A DNA stretch of 64,000 nt. Source: Octopus sinensis (taxonomy: Eukaryota). The notes beneath the pieces were generated by a model, which searched no databases, had not been told where the DNA came from, and worked only from the letters and a program-made list of their open reading frames with translations. Positions within the stretch are counted from its first letter, which is position 1, and every line of letters begins with the position of its first letter. Location: positions 95,666,001 through 95,730,000 of the forward strand of contig NC_043002.1 in assembly GCF_006345805.1 (NCBI RefSeq). The letters are read 5' to 3'. This document shows, in pieces, positions 25,929 to 40,166 of the stretch. Made by a program: the position numbers and the translations under genes.

Positions 25929-27431
25929 TAGTATGTGTGCTCTCAGAAAGCAACTATTTGTGTATATGATACAGCAAGAAGATACAATTCAGAAGTAAGC
26001 CTATGTATTGATGAATGAAGGCTTGCTGATCAATTGTACAACCAAGAATTAGGCTTATCAAACTGTCCAAACTCTGAGGAATATCTAGAAATATACTAGT
26101 ATGGAGAGTTTTCCTGATTTCAAAAAAAATTAGCACTTGTGCAGATCTGAAAAATATCTCAGTGCCCAAGGTGCCGTGCAGTGGTAGGGAAGCAAACTTG
26201 TTGCCCCACAGCCACACCTGTGCCTATGTCAGGTGCATAAAATATCATTAGATGATAAAGTTGACAAATTATTAAGGAAACGTTTGTTATCTGGAGCCAT
26301 CAATGCATGGATGGCAAATGGGACAGTTATAACAGGAAACAATGTATGGACGAGAAATTGAGCAGTTATAGTAAATATATCTGGTAGTTACTGCAGTTAC
26401 AATGGCTATAACAGATAATTCTCATCTACTACAATTTATGACTGTGATTTCATGCTCCATGCACTTATGTCAGAGGATCTCTAAAGGCTAATACTGCAAT
26501 TTCCAGCATTCTAACAGGACATCCACATTAAGTTGGATATAGAGATTACCCTTTGGTACTAATACTGCTTCCATTGCTAATAATTATTTTTTGATAAGCC
26601 TACTAGCTATTTGTGATATCAGTGACTGAAAAGACACTGAAATGTTACATGCCTAGCAGTGAGACTTGGCTGGTATGTAGTGATCAGATAGATACCTGCC
26701 ACTGAGGAAATCCAGTAGACTGAAATCATGTGATCTGACAGTTCTCATCCCCATAACAGATGATTCTTGTCCGCTATGATTTACACTATCTATTTCACTC
26801 TCTCTCTCTCTCACTTTCTAACTCTGACTGCCCCTCTGTCTTTCTCTCAAACTCTCCCACCTTCTTTCTCCTTCCTTTTCCTACTGGGGTAGCTAAGTAT
26901 TTCCTCTATTGTAAGAAAACCATCCCTGTCCTTCTATTATACTCTTCTGACCTCTTGCCTGGCAACAACCACTTCTCTTGATTCTACTCTCTCTCTCTTA
27001 ACCAAGAGGTCTTTGTCTTGCAAGTTATTTGGCAATCCTGCCAGTACCACATAAAAAGTGCCCATGCCGGTGCCACGTAAAGGCACCCATGCCAGTGACA
27101 CATAAAGAGAGAGAGAGTGAAATAGATAGTGTAAGAATGTATTGGGACCTTCCCATAAGAAACAGTGGGGAGGGGCATAAGTAGTGCAGAGGGGATAGAC
27201 GGGGTGTCCCATGAGAGTTTGAGGAGATATGTTTAGGGATGGGGAAGACATGACTGTAGCAAGTGATGTTGTGGAAAATTGGAGAGTCTTGGAAAGGGGT
27301 AAGGAAGATATGTGAAGGCATGGAGAGTGTGCAGATAGACACAGGAGAGAGTGGAGGGGCCTGCAACAAGTGAGGCACATGGGGGAGAGTGGAAGGGAAA
27401 GGTCCGCTGGAAATTTTGAAAGAAGGCAGAT

Positions 27432-27482
<51 letters not shown>

Positions 27483-27844
27483 TGGAGCAAGGCACAACTG
27501 AAAAGGACATGCCTGTATGTGTGGATGGCCATGATTTCACTCAGCTTGGCAGGTTTTATTAGCTTTGAAAGATAATAATAGAACCATGTCACACAATTCC
27601 TATGAAAAAAAAGAAAGAAAAAGGGTATGTGATCTGTCCAACACTAGAAGAAATACTTATAAAAAAATCTGATTTTTGCCCCTTTTTTTCATTTTTATCA
27701 TTTCCCAAGGCCATTACAAATCAGTGTATTTGGATATTTCAACTTGCTCCCTTCTGGGAAGAGAACATCTTTACCTGCTGACAATACATACTAGATTATC
27801 TTAAGTCAATTTAAAGGATCAGCAATGTGATTGGGTGATGTTAT

Positions 27845-27845
<1 letters not shown>

Positions 27846-27896
<51 letters not shown>

Positions 27897-28408
27897 TGTG
27901 AGGATGTGATGTAGGTGGGAGTAAGTGATGGGATGGTTGAAGTTACCACAATAGTTGGCAGTTTGGCTATAGCATCTCGAAAATGCTGTTACTGCTGCTG
28001 TTGCTGCTGCTGCTGCTGCTGGCGGTGGTGGTGGTGGTGGTGGCGGCGGCAGTGATGATGGTGAGGAGGAGGAGGAGAAGGAGGAAGATGACAACGACGC
28101 CAATGATGACGCTGACAATGACAATGGTAACAGATGAGGATGACGTTGGTGGCAGCAGTGACCGTGATGGTAGTGATGGTGGCGGTGGTTGTGGTGAAGG
28201 AGATGGGGTGGTGGTAGTGGTGGTGGTGGTGGTGGTGGTGGTGGTGGTGATGAAGATGCCGACTATGATGAAAATGATGACGATGACAAAAGCAGTGATA
28301 GTAACAGATGTGGTAGTGGTGGTCGTCATCATCATCGTCGTCGTCGTCATGATGATGATGATGATTATGATGATTATGATGATGATGATTATGATGATGA
28401 TGATGATT
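27846..28408. repeat. Mosaic of trinucleotide repeats (TAG, GCT, GGT, GAG, GAT)
   Basis: Directly visible. Confidence 0.9.
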
Positions 28409-28437
28409 TAAAATCAGGATTTCACTCTTTTTTTATC

Positions 28438-28479
<42 letters not shown>

Positions 28480-29267
28480 TTTAAGATATCTCCACTTTGT
28501 CTGCACGAAATCAAACCTAATATATTCATGGAATGACTTATCAAAACAAATGACCAACAGACGAGAAGGCAAAATTAATAAAGCTTATCTAATGATTAAC
28601 TTTGCTTCTAATTCAGGAAAGCTGTCTGTATTAGTGATATAAAAATAGACAGAAAAGTGTCACCTTTAAAACTATCTTAATTAGATTCTATTATTTGGTG
28701 TGAAGTGGAAACAAAAATAATTGAATAACCTAAAGTCTTGGACTAACAGCTCGTGTGGTTTACACATACCTTCTATACTGGGTCTATCATCATACTTTAT
28801 TTTATCAGAAAATTCCATTTTATTTGCTTTTGATAATCTGTTTCCAAACTTTACTATTATAACCCATGGCGGCAAATTACTAATTCTTCATGAATTGCTA
28901 CTCCCCCCCACCACCACCACTACCTTCTTTTTAAGTATTTAAAAAACAAAAGACTATTTTTCCAAAAATGGAATGTACTTTACATTTGATAAGATTTCTT
29001 GCTTTCTAATTTCTCTAGTTTTATTTTCAGGAAATAACCTGGAGTATATACACACACACAGACACGCACATATATCTGTATGTACATACACATCTATGTA
29101 TGAATATATGTGTGAGTGTGTGTGTGTGTGTGTATGGACGTGTGCACGTGTGTGTATGTATGTATTATGTATTTGTATATATGTATATGTATATATATAT
29201 ACATTGTTTGTATGTATATATATATATTTTTTATATGTATGTATGTATATATATCTTCTTTTGTTCT

Positions 29268-29591
29268 TTTATTTGTTTCAGTCATTTTGACTGTGGCTAT
29301 GCTGGAGCACCACCTATTATTCAAAGAATTCGACCCTTAGACTTATTCTTTGTAAGCCTGGTACTTATTCTATCAGTCTCTTTTACTGAACTGCTAAGCT
29401 AAAGGAATGTAAACACACATCAGTTGTCAAGTGATAGTGGGGGACAAACACAGACAGAAATACACAATTATACACACACACACACACACACATATATACA
29501 ACAGGCTTCTTTCAGTTTCTCTACCAAATCCACTCACAAGACTTTGGGCAGCCCAAGCTATAATAGAAGACACTTGAGCAAGTTGCCACAC
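29268..29591 (-). mobile_element. SINE family C (head truncated)
   Basis: Matches 10585-10994. Further decayed copies at 20800-21150, 29985-30297, 32876-33582, 39066-39410 and 47880-48275. Confidence 0.8.
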
Positions 29592-29704
29592 TGTATGTAT
29601 GTCCATATATATATATTATATATAGAAATACAAAATAGAATAGAAATACAAAATGACTGACGGTTAGTAAGGAGAGACACACAAATAAAAAAGAAGAAAG
29701 CAAA

Positions 29705-29749
29705 GGACCACTGATGAGGTCACAGGAGTGTGACGAAAGAACTCTGGCC
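29705..29749 (+). ncRNA. Minimal type I hammerhead ribozyme motif in a short insert (about 29620-29812)
   Basis: ggacca-CTGATGA-G-gtcaca-ggag-tgtgac-GAAA-gaac-TC-tggcc. Perfect 6-bp stem II, stem I cca/tgg plus gg/cc, cleavage triplet CTC ending at 29744. Confidence 0.75.
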
Positions 29750-30535
29750 GAAATAAGATTAAGTTTAAAGTAAAAAATAAATAACACTGAAGCAAAGTAA
29801 CGCCAAATATATAGTGTGTGTGTTTTTATTGTCTAAACTGGCAAAATGACCATTCCGAAATACAACAATATATTATATATATATAGACATAAAATATACA
29901 TATATATATATAATACACATGTATACACAAACACACACACTCATATAAGTGCAAACATGACACCTTAGACAAGGGTATGAATAGACCCCAGTACTTTTTT
30001 AAGCCTGAAATTAACTCTGTCAGTCTCTTTTGCTGAACCACTAAGTTAAGGGGGATGTAAACACATCAATACTGGTTGTCACAAGGTGGTGGGAGACAAA
30101 AACAGACACAAAGATGCACATTTGTACACATGTACAGGACATGCTTTTTGCAGTTTCCACCTACCAAATCCACTCACAAGGCTTTGTTCAACCCAAGTTT
30201 ATAGTAGGAGTCACTTGCCAAAGGTGTCACACAGTGGGATTGAACCTTGAACCATGTGGTTGGGAAGCAAACTTCTTCCAACACAGTTACACCTGCACCC
30301 ACAATAACACCATTCCCCTCACTGTATCACTGAATTGACCAGACTATTAGATGTTGTTTTACACCACTGGTCACAGTGCACTTTCTCACATTGTTGTAGC
30401 TTTTGAATGATAGTACTCCCACCAGCTAGGTGGGTAGGTCAGCATTCCCTTTGAACAAAAAGCCAGTCTGGGAATTGAAACCATGAACATGCAATCAGGA
30501 ATCAATACCCTAACCATTAACCACATGTGTGTGTG

Positions 30536-30586
<51 letters not shown>

Positions 30587-30755
30587 ACATAACACACATA
30601 TGTATGTATATACATAATTTTATTCCCCTCTTCAATTTCTTACCAAACCCTATTTCTCTCTGCCTCTGAAGCTGGAAACAAACACAGATGGCAACAGCAG
30701 TAACAACGGCAGTTCACCAGTCAAATTTCACACATGTATGTGTGTGTGTGTGTGT

Positions 30756-30793
<38 letters not shown>

Positions 30794-30800
30794 TATATAT

Positions 30801-30834
<34 letters not shown>

Positions 30835-31289
30835 ATATATATATACATATATACATATATATGTATGTGTATATGTGTATGTACGATGATGATGGCTGCC
30901 CACACATGACTTAGGAAGACCATTATGGACCATTGCCCATACAAAATGCCAGCAATGCCAATGCATGAGGTTATTGCATCAGTAGTCAGCTTCACCTGGG
31001 TTCACAGCCACACCTCCCTTTTACTCAACCGGGTATCTGATAGTTGCCTCATCAGTGATTCCACAGCCTAAAATTTTGAGTCCAATAAGGTTTGCACAAC
31101 ACTTCACACACCCTCTCCACCCTACTGACATGATCCAAAGACATGCCAGAGCAAGATACCCACTGTGAATATGGCTCACAGAGTCAGAAATGTGGGAGCA
31201 CCATGATTTCAAGTGCACGCAAAAGATCCCCAAAATGTTCAATGTCATTCCCTGACCATCTAGGATCTGGGTATCTTGGTGGATTCTTC

Positions 31290-31911
31290 CTTTTCGCCTT
31301 CGGCCCAATGCATCCATGCTGCCAACAAAGCACGTGGAGTTCTGTTTTTGATTTGACAGTCATTCGGAATGCTCACAGCAGCCATATTCCTACTGCTCTA
31401 TGTCACACTGGTGAGACCCATATTGGAGTATGGGATTCAAGCCTCTTCTCCTTATCTCCTCAAAGCCATACATCATCTCGAAAGAGTCCAGAAGCTGGCT
31501 ACCCGCATGGTTCTTGGTCTCAAGCATTTGTCTTATGAAGAAAGGCTGAAGATGTTCGACCTTTATTCTCTAGAAAAACAACACCACCGTGGTGATCTCA
31601 TTCTCGCTCACAATATCTTAAGTGGAAAGTGTAACCTCTCGAAAGAGTTGTTCTTCACTCCTGCTCCAGAAAAGCTTCTTTACTCCGAAAAGCTCTATCT
31701 GCAACGATTTCATCTCAATCGAAGGAGAGGGGCTTTCTCCGTCCGGGTTTCAGATCCATGGAATAAGCTGCCGGTCAAGGTAGTGAAGATGCCGACGACC
31801 GCTCGGTTCAAAGACTCTCTTTGCATGAACATCCTCCCTGTACATAACTCCATGTCCCCCTACATGGCCTTGCTTTTGCTTTTTGAGCCAAAAAATTAAC
31901 TTAACTTAACT
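31290..31911 (+). mobile_element. CR1-type LINE 3' fragment (RT C-terminus)
   Basis: LYVTLVRPILEYG..SPY...LERVQKLATRMV.GLKHLSYEERLK...RGDLI. (TTAAC)n tail at 31896-31911. Confidence 0.9.
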
Positions 31912-32496
31912 ATATCAGAATGACCTTCTGTTAAGAGACATGCTTTAACAAAAGCCAAGGAGTGCTCACTCCCAGTGGTCTTCCAGTGCATCAGACAGAA
32001 TTTCTGAGGACCAGTTCTATTGCTAGATAATTGTTGAAGCTACACTAAGATCATCTTGCTTTTATGAGGTCTTGTTTTTTTCCAACAGAATTTCTATTAA
32101 CCCTCTTCACCAGATAAGCCAAGTGGACGTTCTAGTTTAATCACCAATAACCCAACCATGCAATAGGATTCCATGTTACTAGTATTCATGAGATGTCTCA
32201 CAATTGACCTGACACAAAATTTATGTATACTTATATACATATACACGCATAAGTGTATATTTATATCTATGCTCAAGAGATTTAAACTTGAGCAGGTAAA
32301 GGAGTAAATGTAAGGATAAGCAAATTAGGCAAAAAATATTGAATACATTTAATACTAACATACACAGAATAGAAATTAAAGGAGTTGAATAAGAGTTTTA
32401 CAAATCCTATCATCAGATAATACCAGCCTCCATCTTCAGGGAAGAATTTTATGTTTGAGGGTTTAAGGAGTTGACAGAAAGGAGATTAAAGATGGA

Positions 32497-32557
<61 letters not shown>

Positions 32558-32568
32558 GTGTGTGTGTG

Positions 32569-32601
<33 letters not shown>

Positions 32602-33091
32602 TAGTATGCTTGTGTCTCCTTGTCTTGCCATAACTAATAGTTGTGATTTCCACAGTCATATAAGCAGTGTTGTTGATTCCTCATATTCTGTGAAAACCAA
32701 CCTGGCCACAGGAAATATTACTTTGCTTGGAAACAGATGTGAGTTGGTGGTAGGAAGAGCATCTGGCCAAAGTGAACATTAAAACACTGATGATGATAAG
32801 TGATGATTCCTCAGCTATTGTTTTGTGTTGTGGGCATTATGCCTCATCAAGATTTTTGTGTAACATATCCATGAATACTCTTTACTATTTTACTTGTTTC
32901 AGTCACTTGACTGTGGCCATGCTGGAGCACTGCCTTTTAATTGAGCAAATCGACCCCAGGGCTTATTCTTTGGATGCCTATTATTCTATCGGTCTCTCCT
33001 GCCGAACCGCCAAGTCACGGGGACGTAAACACACCACCATCGGTTGTCAAGCGATGTTGGGGGGGACAAACACAGACGCACAAACATATAT

Positions 33092-33169
<78 letters not shown>

Positions 33170-35213
33170 TCTAGAGAACATTCTTTCTTTGTGGTTTGAT
33201 CGTAGGTGATCTACCTCTAGCATATGGCTGTCCACATAGTGGTTTTTTAGCCCTTTAATTATACACATGTATTAGAATTTCCTCTGATTTTTCAGATTTT
33301 TGTATGCTAGGCTACTGATTTTAAATTGATATTAATTAAATTAATATTCAATTTATCTCCCTCATTACTTAAATATATATATATATATACATATATATAC
33401 ACACACACATATATATACAACGGGCTTCTTTCAGTTTCTGTCTAGCAAATCCACTCACAAGGCTTTGGTCAGCCCAAGGTTATAGTAGAAGACACTTGCT
33501 CAAGGTGCCACACAGTGGGACTGAACCTGGAATCATGTGGTTCGTAAGCAAGCTACTCACCACACAACCACTCCTATGCCTACGCGTTCCATTTTCTCTC
33601 AAATATTTCATCAATCACCTCATATCATATATTTGATTGGGCAAGACTTATGGTGATGCTAAACAAGTTAATAGATTAAATCTATCTCTTCACCACGAAC
33701 AAGAATGTTCCTTAGACAGGCTCCTATTCAGTTTCTATCTACAATATTTAGTCAATCTGAAGCTATGTTAGAAGATACTTGCCCAAGGTGCTATAAAAAA
33801 AAGCAAAGTAAAGTTTTCTTCTCGAACCATACTGACTCATAAGGGCCAGTTTCCCAGTTTCCACGGCATATATAGTCCCCACCTGGATGAGACACCAGGA
33901 TTACTCATTTTTGCTAGATGAGTAGACTGGAGTAATGTGAAATGAAGTGTTTTGCTCAAGGACATAATGCATCACCCAGTCCAGGAACTGAAACTACAAT
34001 CTTACAATCATGAGTCCAACACCCTAACCACTAAGCCATGTGCCTCTACCTAGGTTGGTGTGCAATGGGAGCAAACTGAAAACCACATAACTGTGAAACT
34101 AACTTCTAAACCACACAGTCAGACTTTATACATATATGTGTCCAAATAGTTTAACTGACATCTCCAAAATACCATTTCAATGTCAAAATAAGTAGAGACA
34201 GGATAAAATATAAAATTAAATGGATTATTCCTTAAATTAGAAATTTTATCTGAAAATGTATTTGATCTTCCACTAATACAACTCCATCTAATAGATGGCT
34301 AAGAAGTGTTGGAATGGCACTAAATTAGAATTACAGAGACATTTCAAAGAGACTCTTTAGGTTTGCTTAAAAGTTCATTTAAATGGTACAAAACTCAATC
34401 TTTTTAAAATGGATTAAATTACTTAAAGTTAATTTTGTAGAATATTCTTAGATAAAATCTTACATACCAAGCTTCTGTCCAATTACACACCTACAGTTCT
34501 CACAGTGCAGAAGGACAGAACAGAAAGATCATGTAGATTGTTATGGTTAATATGGTTCTAGAAAAAATAAAGATGTTCCAAGAATACAAAGAATGGTAGG
34601 GAGTTCTGTGAAGAACCAGTTTTAGAAGGAAAATTACAATTAATGTTTGAGGCAGATTTTAAGAAGTAAACAATGTCAGGGAAATAAGTGAAGAAACAAA
34701 GATAGATTTGAGAAGTGAGCTAAGTGAATGAGTTTTAAAGAATAGAAGCAAGTCTAAATAATAGATTCTGCAAATCTTTTACTTTAAATGAATGGACATT
34801 AAAGAATAGAGCAATCTCTAATCTTTCACAATACCGGATAATTTAATAATAGTTCCTACAAATGGCTGTTTTAATCATATTGCAGTGCATCACAGCCAAT
34901 CTTTCAACTGAACCAAGAAAACTATGTTTCCATTAGTCTTTCAATTGCTGATACTATCTGTTGATCACAACTTCTGTTAGAAGTTTCATCATGTTTTCTG
35001 GTGACACAAAAAAAAACCCCCCAAAAAAACAGGATTTGAACACAGAAAGCACGGAGCTTCATGGAGCTTCACAGAGCTTTCTGTGTGATACTCTATCAGT
35101 TCTACCAATACACTGTTCTGGACTAATATTTTATTTATCAAATCCAAAAGTAAGAAAGGCAAAGATGTCCTAGGTGTGATTTGACACCAGAGCACAAAAA
35201 TTTCTAATACAAA

Positions 35214-35437
35214 TACTCTTTTACTCTTTTAACTGTTTCAGTGATTTGACTGTGGCCATGCTGGAGCACCGCATTTTAATCGAGCAAATCGACCCCAGGA
35301 CTTATTCTTTGGAAGCCTAGTACTTATTCTATCGGTCTCTTTTGCTGAACTGCTAAGTTACGGGGACGTAAATACACCAGCATCGGTTGTCAAGCGATGT
35401 TGGGGGGACAAACACAGACACACAAACATATATGCAC

Positions 35438-35480
<43 letters not shown>

Positions 35481-35647
35481 TACGACAGGCTTCTTTCAGT
35501 TTCTGTCTACCAAATCCACTCACAAGGCTTTGGTCAGCCCGAGGCTATAGTAGAAGACACTTGCCCAAGGTGCCACACAGTGGGAATGAACCCAGAACCA
35601 TGTGGTTGGTAAGCAAGTTACTTACTACACAGCTACTCTTGCGCCTA
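35214..35647 (-). mobile_element. SINE family C, full length
   Basis: Complete head to tail, with flanking TACAAATA duplication. Confidence 0.9.
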
Positions 35648-36229
35648 CAAATAGAAAAAATGTGAAGCTAATGCACATTTAATAAAAAATTTAAAAATGA
35701 ACAGAGCCCAAATGAATGGCTTTTGGTAGCATTCAGGTTGTGTTAAAAGTAAGACTGGGTAAAGAAATTTGCTTTGAGATGAGTGACTATTGAGTCAGCA
35801 GAATGTTTTTAACATATTCTTGAAGAAAACATTCAGAATTTCAAAATTGCTTGTGATAGGAAACTCATGATGATCACCTGGACTTCATTGCAGGATCAAC
35901 CTAAAGAACTTCAGATAACTTTGAAAAGATTTAGAAACCATGGAAAATTTAGTCTTCTACCATAGCCTCAAAATGACCAATATTTTGTGAATGGGATAGG
36001 ATATAAGTCTAGCACTTCTACATAGCAGTGAGCAATAACCTGTTCATTTAATCATAGAACATGACTTTAGAGAAGAGAGATTCTATGGCAATTCTTTATC
36101 AATGTTGATATTGAATAAATATAATATTGGGTAGTTATTTAGTATACAATGGTAGATGGGTTGCTTAGTGTAAATAGTAGACTGGTTTAGAATACAAAAG
36201 TGGGTGGTTTAGTGAAAGTGTGGTAGGAG

Positions 36230-37457
36230 TAGTGGTTCAAAGTCTGCCTTTGAGTTCCCTTCATTCTTCCACCTTCCCTTTCCTGGTTTGTAATTTTCTT
36301 GCCAGACAATACTTTCGTTTAATGGGATTCATTTTGATCCATATTCCAGTAACACATTTGCACCACAAGGCTTGGTTATATCTTTCACTCTCTTCTTCCT
36401 GTGCATTAGGGATATACACGTTCTCATTTCTAGCTGCACTCGTTTCTATGCAGATGATACTTCTGTTGTGTAATGAAAGATAACACAGAGTAAGTGTAAG
36501 TTAAGCCAGTTTCTTTATTATATGCAATGGTATTGCCCTTTAGCATTCATACCAGCCATATTTGACCCAAATATTTTCCCTGTTTTATGTTCAAACCGGC
36601 CAAGTCTGGCCTTTCATACCTATCCTACAATGTCATTGTAAAATTAACCAATCACATCATTGAAATCTCAAAGCATGATTAATTTAAAACAATGTGAATA
36701 AATAAGCATTACATTTGATAGAATGAAAGAGTAAAAGGTAAAAACCTCCTTTGGTCATGAATAACCATTGGATTGCACCTACAGAGTTCCTCTCTGAGAT
36801 ACAAATCCAGGCAAGGTCACTTATGCAAAAGCTGATACAGCTTGGCACCAGTAATGTTCTCAACTCATTTCTACAGCTGAGTGAACTGGAGCAACGTGAA
36901 ATAAAGTGTCTTGCTCAAGAACACAACTCACTGCTCCATCCTGGAATTGAACTCACAACCCCATGACTGTGAGCCTGATGCTTTCTTTAACCACTGCTAA
37001 AATGACAAACATTTACAGAGTGAGTGTAAGTTAAGTCTGTTTCTTTATTATATGCAGTGGTGTTGCCTTGATGCTGTTGAAGAAGACCAAGCTGTCATGC
37101 TGCTGTTAAAGAATGTTTACCATATTTAAAGTCTCTGTTCATGGAAGCATTGCACGTGTGGTAGGAGATGTTTAACACTTGTGTAATGAATGTGTTATCT
37201 TTCATTACACAACAGAAGTATCATCTGCATAGAAATGAGTGCAGCTAGAAACGAGAACGTGTATATCCCTAATGCACAGGAAGAAGAGAGTGAAAGATAT
37301 AACCAAGCCTTGTGGTGCAAATGTGTTACTGGAATATGGATCAAAATGAATCCCATTTAATGTATGATACGAAAGTATTGTCTGGCAAGAAAATTACAAA
37401 CCAAGAAAGGGAAGGTGGAAGAATGAAGGGAACTCAAAGGCAGACTTTGGACCACCA
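36230..37457. repeat. Inverted duplication (about 260 bp) of an old LINE RT core
   Basis: 36230-36488 is the reverse complement of 37190-37457 with few differences. Encodes APQG..SFTLFFLCIRDI...FYADDT. Confidence 0.85.
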
Positions 37458-37978
37458 CATTTTACCAGGCAGTGGCTCTCATGGCTTCTGATCTTAACTG
37501 ATTGGAAGTGATATCATGTACATTGTTTTGTCTTGGTATAAAAGATGGGCTACAGCAAATATTCTGCTCAATACCACAGATTTGCTTGTCAGCTACTTGA
37601 CCTTGACCAGTTGAGCATGTCCCTTAGTGGTTGATGATATGTGCATCTCTGATCATGAGCAGAAGTAGTGGAGGAGCATCATAGCCATGTGTTGAAAAGA
37701 ATTCTTTGGAGTTTGAATAATTCACCTCTGGAAACATAGGTGTTTCGTTCAATATCCTTAAACAACCCTTATTCAGGAACCTTTTGAGTGGGATGGGCTA
37801 CTCCACCTGATGAAAATTCTGGGCCTCACCTGCAAGGTCATGTGCGGTTTATTTTGATATGAAATCATCATGTCACGCACATATGGTTGTGACATCAGAC
37901 GGGTAGTCATGATGGGTATTCTGAGCTTCGTATATTTTTAACCCACTGTCACTTTGATGGCATGCACTGCTCTCTCAC

Positions 37979-38266
<288 letters not shown>

Positions 38267-38325
38267 CTCAATCTTGTCCTGTTTAGAGGAATCATTCTTC
38301 GAAAATCTTCAATCTTCTAACTTAC

Positions 38326-38337
38326 AACATATTCATT
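38326..38337 (-). other. Candidate 12-nt microexon (AATGAATATGTT)
   Basis: About 60-nt AG-free pyrimidine-rich tract ending ...tattcag, then 12 nt, then a perfect GTAAGT donor. Confidence 0.3.
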
Positions 38338-38577
38338 CTGAATAGAGTGCCAATGGAATAGAGAAAGAATAAGAAAATAATAAAAAAATAAGTAAAAGAC
38401 TGCTGTTAAGTATTAAAATACCAAAAATCAATGTCAAGTGACCAGCTATAAACACCCAACCAGAATGACTGACCAATGCAGAAAAAAAAAAGAAGAAAAA
38501 CAGTTAAAAACCAAACCCCCAGAACTAGCAACCCTACAGATTAGATGCAGTATTACATCGTCAGTGAGTAGGTCACA

Positions 38578-38591
38578 GTTTCCATGACAAC
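38578..38591. promoter_or_regulatory. Candidate RFX X-box (GTTTCCATGACAAC)
   Basis: Close to the X-box palindrome GTTNCCATGGNAAC. Half-site CTAGCAAC at 38525-38532. Lies in a repeat-free island. Confidence 0.25.
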
Positions 38592-39165
38592 CATTTTGAC
38601 ACCATATTATAAACAATAAATGTTTTAGTGAAGCTAACAGTCTTTGTGCATGTGTCTTTCATGCTACGATTTGTTTAAACACTAGACTGCTTCCTCAGTA
38701 GTCAGAAGATATTTCAGCTCTTAACCGTTCCATTTCTGACCCTCCACAAAAATCTAGTACAATTATCATTAGTTTCTAACTGAGGTGCTGCAACACCATA
38801 GGGTCATAGACAAAAGTATCATGGCTTTTTTTTTTTTCTCTTTTATCTGAATAATACAACAATTCAGTTTTAACTATTCAGTTTTTGTGCAATATGGAGT
38901 TGTGTATCTTAAACACAGGGAAATATAGTGATGAGATCACAGGAACACTTCAAACCTTTGATCTATATACTTGGAATGTTGCAACTAATGTTATAGCTAC
39001 TGCTGCTGCTGCTGCTGCTGCTGCATTCATGTCATCTTTCACTGGATACAAAATAAAAAATAATAAGGTGCAGCTGTGTGGTAAGAAGTTTGTTTTCAAA
39101 CCATATTGTTCCAGGTTCAGTCCCAGTGAGTGGATTTGGTAGGAGGAAACTGAAAGAAGCCTGTC

Positions 39166-39209
<44 letters not shown>

Positions 39210-39449
39210 GTATTCTTTTATTTGCTTCAGCCGTTTGACTGTGGGCATGCTGGAGCACTGCCTTTTAGTCTAAGACTTATTCTTTGTAAGCCTGGTACTT
39301 ACTCTATTGGTCTCATTTGCTAAACTGCTAGTTACAGGGACATAAAAATATCGACATCGATTGTCAAGCAATGGTGGGGTGGGAACAAACAGACACAAAG
39401 ATACACACGTAGATATATAGATATATACATATGTATGTGTGTATATATA

Positions 39450-39826
39450 CACTTGCGTCAGAAATTAATTAGCACTTCTCAAATTTCTACATTAAATAGG
39501 TTAAATCAATTAACCTATGAGCTGTTCAAAACGTCTTACGCGATGAGAAAACTTAGTATGGTGTGATTTCGGTCCTTGCGAGGCGCTACCTATATCTATT
39601 AAACAAAGGAAGATTTGTCTGCATCCGCACTCCAATTTGTTGCACTGCTATGTCAACATCATAAGGCTGTAGACTCTCAAACTGCTCTGCAAACAAAGTT
39701 ACGTCATCGTTCTGCGCAACAGTGAACTCGCAACAAAGCAATAGTTCGAGATATGGCCACTAGGTGACAGCACATACCTTGAGTGAAGAGCAAATCAAGG
39801 GTGCTAATTAATTTCTGACGGTAGTG
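39450..39826. mobile_element. Tc1-like MITE
   Basis: 26-bp TIR CACT..CGTCAGAAATTAATTAGCAC with TA TSD. Confidence 0.85.
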
Positions 39827-39894
39827 TATATATATATTAGAAATATTGAATTTCTAAATGTCTCAGCGAGACATGAGCGGTGGTGGAGTGATAG

Positions 39895-40166
39895 AGTGGT
39901 TGTATACTGTCAACATAACGTGACAGCCCCGTAAAGAGAATTACACCACCGCTATTTAGCCCTGGGAAGCATCGACACTTCCTGTCGGCTTTGACACATT
40001 TCCTGTGTCCTTATATTTGCGAAGGGGAAGCAAGCACCCCACCAGCTAGGGCTAGCACCTAGAGACATGCATGTTTCTGAGTACATCAATGCTTCCTAGG
40101 GCTAAATAGCAGTGGTATAATTCCCTTTATGGGACTGTCACGTTATGTTGACAGTATACAACCACT
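39895..40166. mobile_element. MITE/foldback element with about 80-bp TIRs
   Basis: agtggttgtatactgtcaacataacgtgacag...gggaagcat pairs with atgcttcc...ctgtcacgttatgttgacagtatacaaccact. Confidence 0.85.
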
